From positions 1-49,426 of the IMG/VR virus record IMGVR_UViG_3300035698_008779: a stretch of 49,426 bases of DNA. The stretch is one strand, 5' to 3'. The notes under the pieces are model-generated. The model worked only from the letters and a program-made list of their open reading frames with translations, was not told the DNA's origin and made no database searches. The position numbers were made by a program, and so were the translations under genes. The DNA is from a virus. Each line of letters starts with the position of its first letter. Position 1 is the stretch's first letter. Positions 44,021-49,426 of the stretch are shown here, in pieces.

Positions 44021-44754
44021 AAGCAAAAAATTGGGCGGAAAATATTCACATCTACGACTCTAGTGATACAACAGCACTACCGATTCGGCTGTTGCTCTAC
44101 GGCGAGAGTGGTGCGGGCAAAACCCGCTTTGCCCTCACCGCACCCGATCCATTTTTCATCAACACCGACAAGGGGCTCAGTACCGCGAGGGCTATGGGGG
44201 TGAACCCCCGGTACATCGACATCTCCGAGGAGGACCAAGTATACCGCACCGTGAAGGCGATACTGATAGAAGCCCGGGATTCGAGTGGGTACTTCGCAGA
44301 AAATCCGGCAGGTACAATAGTAATCGACTCTCTCACTGCGTTAACGGAAGCGTTGCTGAATGAAACCATGCTGAGGCCTGATAACCCCAAGATGTCCCGC
44401 AAGGACCCGACGAGCGAGAAGCCCGAGTTCGACCACTACGCCGCGTTAGGAAATCGCCTCAAGACCCTCCTTAACATCACAAAGGACTCACCGATTCATA
44501 TCATAGCCACAGCAGGTATCAAGGTAGACACCAGCGAGCTCACGGGTGAACGTCTTGCACGACCCAACCTCGTTGGGGCCCTCCGAGAGACCGTCGCCCA
44601 CTACTTCGATGAGTTCTACTACATGGAGCCCAAAGGCAACGGTGAGAAGGTCAAGTACTTTACCTACACCGCGAAGAAAATGCAATTCGGTGCGAAGTCA
44701 CGTAATGACCGGCCCGCGGTGTTGGAGAACGCGACCTTTAAGGACCTGATATGA
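44014..44754 (+). CDS. AAA_24 / Sak4-like RecA-fold ATPase (recombination/annealing protein)
   Basis: Walker A LLYGESGAGKT, Walker B IVIDSLT, about 245 aa. Followed by a DUF669-like gene. Confidence 0.7.
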   Translation: MVKAKNWAENIHIYDSSDTTALPIRLLLYGESGAGKTRFALTAPDPFFINTDKGLSTARAMGVNPRYIDISEEDQVYRTVKAILIEARDSSGYFAENPAGTIVIDSLTALTEALLNETMLRPDNPKMSRKDPTSEKPEFDHYAALGNRLKTLLNITKDSPIHIIATAGIKVDTSELTGERLARPNLVGALRETVAHYFDEFYYMEPKGNGEKVKYFTYTAKKMQFGAKSRNDRPAVLENATFKDLI

Positions 44755-44939
44755 CCCCATCTCCCTCCGACCAAGATATCCTCATGCTATGGATAACTAA
44801 CCTTAACGACGAAGCCCAAGTCACAGCAGATTCAATAACAATCGGTGATAGGCGGCTAGTATTCGACACGGTTGGGGCCCTCGCACGAGTGGAGCATCTT
44901 AACCCAACTGGGCAAGTAATAGGTAAGGTACTTGCGTAA
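44751..44939 (+). CDS. Hypothetical protein, 62 aa
   Basis: ATGA coupling. Confidence 0.5.
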   Translation: MTPSPSDQDILMLWITNLNDEAQVTADSITIGDRRLVFDTVGALARVEHLNPTGQVIGKVLA

Positions 44940-45003
44940 TGAGAAACCCTACCACCAAGGCACACAGTGCCGTAACACTACTAGTCACAGGAGACTAACA
45001 CAC

Positions 45004-45480
45004 ATGCCAGAAATTAATGTAGCAGGACTCGAGAAAGCAAAAGCCACCGGACGAGAATCCCTTCCTACCGGCCCGTATGAAATCACCATCACCTCCGATA
45101 CCAAGATCCACGACCGAGACAACGATGGGGTGAAGCTGAGCCTTCAGCTTTCCGGTATGGTAATCGACGGCCCCGTGATTGTTGACCAAGACACCGGAGA
45201 GGAAACCCCCACCGAAGGTCGGAAGACCACGGACTTCTTCCAACTCACAGGGCTCAATGAACACAAAGACGGTGGGGACTACGCGAAGAGCCGCCTGAAG
45301 TCCATCTGTCTCGCGGTAGGCTATGACGCCACCGATTCCTTCAACACCGATGACTTCATTGAAGCCGCAGTAGGTGAGACCATCATTGCAACCAATAAAC
45401 TCCAGAAGGATAAACGCCAGAGCGAGCTAATGGGCGAGATGATAATGCGAGAGAATTGGGTTAGCTACAGAGCCGAATAG
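45004..45480 (+). CDS. DUF669-like putative ssDNA-binding protein (158 aa)
   Basis: AGGAG upstream of the ATG at 45004. LPTGPYEITI...GVKLSLQL pattern, and the usual pairing with Sak4-type ATPases. Confidence 0.45.
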   Translation: MPEINVAGLEKAKATGRESLPTGPYEITITSDTKIHDRDNDGVKLSLQLSGMVIDGPVIVDQDTGEETPTEGRKTTDFFQLTGLNEHKDGGDYAKSRLKSICLAVGYDATDSFNTDDFIEAAVGETIIATNKLQKDKRQSELMGEMIMRENWVSYRAE

Positions 45481-45489
45481 ATAGGATTC

Positions 45490-45511
45490 GGGGGGAGGGG
45501 CAACTCCCCCC
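45490..45511 (+). terminator. GC-rich hairpin, possible terminator or RNA-stabilising element
   Basis: GGGGGGAG-gggcaa-CTCCCCCC (8-bp stem). The downstream tract is only weakly T-rich. Confidence 0.4.
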
Positions 45512-45532
45512 GTTGCTCTAGGAGGAAATAAT

Positions 45533-45745
45533 TTGCAGCTAACTGACATGGAAACCCGGACAAGGGACTACTTACCCTATGCAGGACTCACACCCATGGT
45601 GTACTCTTGGTGGTTCTGTTGTAGGCCGTGCCCGAGGTGTGGCACAGCGTCTCGTATGATGACAGATGGGACATTGGTGAATTTCTACCACCCAGCGTGT
45701 GGGTATACTGAGGGCAAAGCCCCGGATAGGAGATATTACGCATGA
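45533..45745 (+). CDS. Zinc-ribbon protein, 70 aa (TTG start)
   Basis: AGGAGG 7 nt upstream of the TTG. CCRPCPRCG...HPAC. Confidence 0.5.
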   Translation: MQLTDMETRTRDYLPYAGLTPMVYSWWFCCRPCPRCGTASRMMTDGTLVNFYHPACGYTEGKAPDRRYYA

Positions 45746-45885
45746 AGAAATATTGGATTGGATATGCTACAGCGAGTATCATGTGTACGGTAATATTATT
45801 ATTGCCTTTTAAATGGTGGGCTCTTTTAATCGTAATTGGTATCAGTGTTGGCGGTACAAAAATAGCTATGAGGGTTAAATCATGA
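45742..45885 (+). CDS. Mini membrane protein, 47 aa, two TM segments (below the ORF-track cutoff)
   Basis: ATGA overlaps at both ends. MKKYWIGYATASIMCTVILLLPFKWWALLIVIGISVGG. AT-rich. Confidence 0.5.
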   Translation: MKKYWIGYATASIMCTVILLLPFKWWALLIVIGISVGGTKIAMRVKS

Positions 45886-46145
45886 AATGGGAAACAGTAA
45901 CCGAATGGGAACGTAAGAACGATAAAGAGTACCCCTATTGGGCGTCTGTATGGTCATATGATGCATACGGTGAGTGCTGGGAAGGGGTATTGTGGAGAGA
46001 GCGGGTGAGTTTTTATAAAGAAGAACGAGAACGGTCAAAAGGCCGGGCAGCTTGGGATTTTCGCTACGAACCTATGGTGTGCTTGCCTTCTGATACACAT
46101 CCAAAATGGGGAGACGGGACGATGCTTGTAAGGAACCCTGTATGA
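45882..46145 (+). CDS. Trp-rich hypothetical protein, 87 aa
   Basis: ATGA coupling. Confidence 0.55.
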   Translation: MKWETVTEWERKNDKEYPYWASVWSYDAYGECWEGVLWRERVSFYKEERERSKGRAAWDFRYEPMVCLPSDTHPKWGDGTMLVRNPV

Positions 46146-46846
46146 CCCCTTCATGGACCGAGTACGACCCGAACAACCCGCCAACTGATACGAGTAAGCA
46201 TGTGTTGTGGGAGGTAGAACATGCAAACGGTGAGACTGGAGCGATATCGTGGGCTAAGGATTCTGGCCACAGGGTTCCACTTGCAATAGCGAAGCGTTGG
46301 CTCTACATCGAACCCTACGTCAAACCCGAACCCGAACTTGCCCGGTGTGGGTGTGGAGGTGAGGCCGACAGACTCAATGTCGGTGGCGTGCGTTGCTTGG
46401 CCGATGGTTGTTTCCGATTTGTTCGTGGCAACTCGCGAGCCGAATCCGACCACATATGGAACGCTGCGCAACGTAACGATAAGTTGGCCGCCGAGGGATA
46501 CACCGACTCGCAAGCTCAAACAATTACCAACGCCTGCAAGCAAACCGGCACAATCGACCGTGGCAGTTTTGCCGACCCCACGCCGCACGATATACCTGAC
46601 GAGATTGGCGCATGGACAGTCAGTACTCTGGGCGCAAGCGGGAAATGGATACGTAATGACCGCAGCCCAATGTATGCGGCCCACTACCGCAAGGTCAAGA
46701 AGTGCAAATGGACAGAGGACGAGGACGGAATTTGGGAAACGAAATGCAACAACCTCCACGAGTTTCTGGCGGACGGGCCAGTAGATAATTGCTTTGAATA
46801 CTGCCCCTACTGCGGTGGCGAGATCGCCGAGCGAGGTGAGGGATGA
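46142..46846 (+). CDS. Protein with a central Lar-like (restriction-alleviation type) zinc-ribbon segment, 234 aa
   Basis: ATGA coupling at 46142. CGCGGEADRL..VRCLADGC....AESDHIWNAAQR resembles the Lar-family pattern CPFCGGEA...C..C...eAi.aWN.R. Second ribbon: CPYCGGEI. Confidence 0.35.
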   Translation: MTPSWTEYDPNNPPTDTSKHVLWEVEHANGETGAISWAKDSGHRVPLAIAKRWLYIEPYVKPEPELARCGCGGEADRLNVGGVRCLADGCFRFVRGNSRAESDHIWNAAQRNDKLAAEGYTDSQAQTITNACKQTGTIDRGSFADPTPHDIPDEIGAWTVSTLGASGKWIRNDRSPMYAAHYRKVKKCKWTEDEDGIWETKCNNLHEFLADGPVDNCFEYCPYCGGEIAERGEG

Positions 46847-47079
46847 AAGGTAAAATAAACAAGGCAGGCTGTTTGTGTATTGAACGTGGAGGAAAGATGA
46901 CAAAGCAAGGTTGCCCGTATGGTGAAGACCCATGCTATTGCGGCGATTGGTGTCCGTTATTCGGTGAGCCGAAGGTAATGGGACCGGGGGCACAACACGT
47001 GGCATATTTACAAATCCATTGTGGCGGAGTAAGGCATTTTCAATTTGATTCATTCACCGACGAGCGAGGTAACGAATGA
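46843..47079 (+). CDS. Cys-rich hypothetical protein, 78 aa
   Basis: ATGA coupling. Confidence 0.55.
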   Translation: MKGKINKAGCLCIERGGKMTKQGCPYGEDPCYCGDWCPLFGEPKVMGPGAQHVAYLQIHCGGVRHFQFDSFTDERGNE

Positions 47080-47372
47080 CACCAGAACAGATAGACAAAC
47101 TTATAGAGTTTCGCAATAGAGAGCCGGACTTGTATTTCAGCCCCGGAAGTCATGTATACAGTATGACATGGTGCGATTGGATGAAATCGGGGGTAGACGA
47201 CCTACTCGCCGAGGTAGAGAGGCAAGCCGAAACCATCGCCGTCATGAAGGGCGAATATGCTATGCAATCGGGACGAGATACCAAATACATCTACGACACT
47301 GTTGTACTTGGTGATGCTTACGCCGTTGCGTTGAATAAAACCCATGCCGCCCTACAGGAGACCCTCTCATGA
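47076..47372 (+). CDS. Hypothetical protein, 98 aa
   Basis: ATGA coupling. Confidence 0.6.
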   Translation: MTPEQIDKLIEFRNREPDLYFSPGSHVYSMTWCDWMKSGVDDLLAEVERQAETIAVMKGEYAMQSGRDTKYIYDTVVLGDAYAVALNKTHAALQETLS

Positions 47373-47716
47373 AACCCCTACAGAATTTGCTCCTCTACCT
47401 CCTCCTCATTACTGGCGGCTTTATCATTGGCCTTACCCTTGGTAACATCAATGTTACAAAGTTACAAGCAAAGCATACTCTCGCTCTTGAAGTCGCCTAT
47501 GCAGAGAGATCGTACACCGTGGAGCTCGGTCAACGTGATGCGAAGCGGCTTGCAGCAGAAATTGAGATGCGTGAGTACTACCGGAGTAACCTCCTTGAAG
47601 CCTCAAGACGCATTAGCGAATACGCCCAATGGATCTCGGACCTGCTCATTGCTGGCCGTGAAACCCTGAATCAATTAGAGGAGATTTATGGAATTTCGCA
47701 AGTACCAGCACGTTGA
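47369..47716 (+). CDS. Membrane-anchored coiled-coil protein, 115 aa
   Basis: ATGA coupling. N-terminal TM segment LLLYLLLITGGFIIGLTLG. Confidence 0.6.
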   Translation: MKPLQNLLLYLLLITGGFIIGLTLGNINVTKLQAKHTLALEVAYAERSYTVELGQRDAKRLAAEIEMREYYRSNLLEASRRISEYAQWISDLLIAGRETLNQLEEIYGISQVPAR

Positions 47717-48593
47717 ACGGTGGGGGAATCGGGAAGTAGAAGGAATTGAAGATGGAGTATGCCATGTGTTTCCGAAAATCGACGGTACCAACGCCTCGGT
47801 ATGGTGTGAAGATGCCTCCATCTGCACAGGAAGTAGAAACCGTGAACTTGAGGAAGGAAGTGATAATGCTGGCTTCCGAGCATGGGCAATCGATAGCGTC
47901 GAACTCAGCACGTACTTCGCAAAGAACCCGAGTCACCGGCTCTTCGGTGAGTGGCTCGTACCCCATTCTCTCAAGACCTACAAGCCGGAAGCGTGGCGGA
48001 AGTTCTACGTCTTCGATGTCGTGGTGGAGAATGGCACCGAGGATTTCATGTACATGCCATACGAGATATACAAGCCCCTATTGGAAGACGCAGGACTGCT
48101 GTATACCCCCTTAATGGCGTATGTGAAAAGCGGTACCTACGACCAATTCATCGATCAGCTTAAGAAGAATACCTTCCTCATCGAGGACGGGAAGGGCATT
48201 GGTGAAGGAATCGTGATTAAGAACTACGGCTTTTGCAATCGCCATGGGCGTACCACATGGGCGAAAATCGTAAGCAACGAGTTCATGGAAGATCATAAGG
48301 GCACAATGGGGGCGCCGGTGGTGAAAGGGGCTACCGCGATGGAGATGAAAATCGCAAATGAATTCGTCACCAAGATGCTGGTGGAGAAAGAGTATGCGAA
48401 GATAACCAATGTAGAAGACGGGTGGGATAGTAAGTTCATCCCCCAGCTCCTACATACCTGCTTCTATGTGCTCATCACGGAAGAAATCTGGCAGGTGTTG
48501 AAGCGGTTCAAAAACCCCACCATCGACTTCAAAGCAATGCACAATGCCGTCACATATATGGTGAAAACCCACATGCCGGAGGTGTTTACATAG
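47688..48593 (+). CDS. RNA-ligase-family nucleotidyltransferase (ATP-dependent RNA/DNA ligase superfamily)
   Basis: Motif I FPKIDGTN (KxDG), LFGEWL (motif III-like), FYVFDV (motif IIIa/IV-like), GEGIVIK (motif IV/V-like). GAGGAGA SD. Confidence 0.7.
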   Translation: MEFRKYQHVERWGNREVEGIEDGVCHVFPKIDGTNASVWCEDASICTGSRNRELEEGSDNAGFRAWAIDSVELSTYFAKNPSHRLFGEWLVPHSLKTYKPEAWRKFYVFDVVVENGTEDFMYMPYEIYKPLLEDAGLLYTPLMAYVKSGTYDQFIDQLKKNTFLIEDGKGIGEGIVIKNYGFCNRHGRTTWAKIVSNEFMEDHKGTMGAPVVKGATAMEMKIANEFVTKMLVEKEYAKITNVEDGWDSKFIPQLLHTCFYVLITEEIWQVLKRFKNPTIDFKAMHNAVTYMVKTHMPEVFT

Positions 48594-48829
48594 AGAATTC
48601 CTTTTCCTTGGGGGGTGTTGGAAGTGTACCTATCACATTAGTAAACAAGTCCCGACAACGGAGTAGGAAGGAAATAGAATGGCCCGGGACTGATAATCCG
48701 GATACCATGAATACCTTCCCTTGGAGGTGCAAATCCTCCTCCCCCATAGAGACAGTGGATTGGTCGTTGACCTGCCCCGCTGTCCAAAATTGTTACCTGC
48801 TTGAACAGGACGTAGGTAAAAGAGCAAGG

Positions 48830-48862
48830 AAGGGGGGATAACCTCTCCCCCCTTTTCTTGTT
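48830..48862 (+). terminator. Rho-independent terminator
   Basis: GGGGGGA-taacctc-TCCCCCC followed by TTTTCTTGTT. Confidence 0.75.
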
Positions 48863-48881
48863 CGACTTAATAGGAGAATGA

Positions 48882-49160
48882 ATGGAAATAAATAGATACC
48901 TCCCACAAGGGGACCGATTGCTCCTCCGCCCGCTTCGTGATGCCCCACGGCAAAGGGGTATCATCATACCCGAGACGGCCCGGAAGAATCGCTACAGCGC
49001 ATTAGTGCTCGAAGTCGGGCCCGATGTGAAGTCCAAAGCCCTCACTCGCTACACCACTGTTATGTACGACAACCATGCAGGGGTACTAGTTGACCGAGAG
49101 CGTAATTACCTCATCGTCGTGGAAGACGACATTATTGCAATCATCGAGGAGGATGAATAA
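48882..49160 (+). CDS. groES: GroES-like co-chaperonin (Cpn10)
   Basis: LRPLRD....GIIIPETARKNRYSALVLEVGPDV...DIIAIIEE parallels GroES (L.PL.DRV....GI.LP..A.EK...G.VVAVG.G...DILA). 92 aa. AGGAG SD. Confidence 0.7.
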   Translation: MEINRYLPQGDRLLLRPLRDAPRQRGIIIPETARKNRYSALVLEVGPDVKSKALTRYTTVMYDNHAGVLVDRERNYLIVVEDDIIAIIEEDE

Positions 49161-49161
49161 T

Positions 49162-49426
49162 ATGTTTGTAAACGAAATTACATTCGGGATATCCATAGGA
49201 GGGCTCACGAGTGGCTCCGTGGGGTTCATGATAGAGCTCACAGGGGAAGAAGCCACGAGTGACGAGTTGGGAGATCTCCTTATCGCCATACGCCGCCATG
49301 ATAAGGGGCCGTATAAATCCGTGCAACTCCGGGGGGAATTCACCGCACTCAATAACATCGACGTTATGACCCTCGTGAAGTCCCTCGCTGATGTCGGGTA
49401 CCTCGTGCAGGTCGTTACCAATGGGA
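49162..49426 (+). CDS. 5' part of the junction-spanning ORF (continues at 26..327)
   Basis: GAGGAGGA 7 nt upstream. No stop before the window end. In frame with 4..327 after removing the 25-bp overlap. Confidence 0.6.
   Translation, partial: MFVNEITFGISIGGLTSGSVGFMIELTGEEATSDELGDLLIAIRRHDKGPYKSVQLRGEFTALNNIDVMTLVKSLADVGYLVQVVTNG
49402..49426. repeat. Terminal 25-bp sequence identical to 1..25
   Basis: Exact match read directly from the sequence. Confidence 0.9.

Noticed and set aside
46151-47053. 300-aa minus-strand ORF spanning several plus-strand genes.
   Set aside because: It runs antisense through three ATGA-coupled plus-strand genes in a locally GC-rich stretch. The translation is nonsense-like, there is no SD, and it is isolated on the wrong strand for this arm.
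48609-48747. Canonical tRNA or tmRNA gene.
   Set aside because: Acceptor-like and T-arm-like pairings exist, but the element is about 138 nt long and no D arm or 7-nt anticodon loop could be built. The T-loop has G where the second T is expected, and there is no CCA. It is reported only as a tRNA-like candidate for tool-based checking.
48608-48841. 77-aa ORF (TTG start) between the ligase gene and the terminator.
   Set aside because: It has no SD in a genome where nearly every gene has one. It has a rare start codon and an odd composition, and it ends inside the terminator stem. More likely untranslated RNA.
1-49426. Lysogeny or mobile-element functions (integrase, repressor/Cro pair, att sites, transposase).
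   Set aside because: No tyrosine or serine recombinase-sized ORF or motif was seen, and there are no flanking host genes. The two HTH proteins alone do not support a temperate lifestyle call.

Overview
The window is a complete, tightly packed dsDNA tailed-phage genome. Its unique length is about 49,401 bp. The first and last 25 bp are identical and one ORF reads in frame across that junction, so the contig closes on itself.

The genes form two arms. A minus-strand late/structural arm runs from 35305 down to 6232. In order it carries small and large terminase, portal, scaffold, decoration-like protein, major capsid, beta-helix protein, glycosyltransferase, two repeat-rich tail fibres, a lysis cassette with an M15 peptidase, a nozzle-like protein, a GNAT acetyltransferase and three internal/ejection-type proteins. 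A plus-strand early/replication arm runs from 36184 through the junction to 6245. It carries many small ORFans, a Cas4-like nuclease, a Sak4-like ATPase, a DUF669-like SSB, an RNA-ligase-family enzyme, GroES, a UDG-fused family A DNA polymerase and a DUF3987-like P-loop protein.

The arms diverge at a repeat-laden non-coding region of about 0.9 kb and converge with a 14-nt tail-to-tail overlap. I recognised no integrase, repressor, phage RNA polymerase, primase, CRISPR array or canonical tRNA. No tail tube, sheath or tape-measure gene is evident, so the layout looks podovirus-like.

The observations most worth following up are:
- the non-coding control region
- a tRNA-like structured segment downstream of the ligase
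- the acetyltransferase embedded among the ejection proteins
- the capsid-module glycosyltransferase and beta-helix pair
- a Cys-less QueE-like protein

All functional calls rest on motifs read by eye, gene order and Shine-Dalgarno/overlap signals. No database search was possible.
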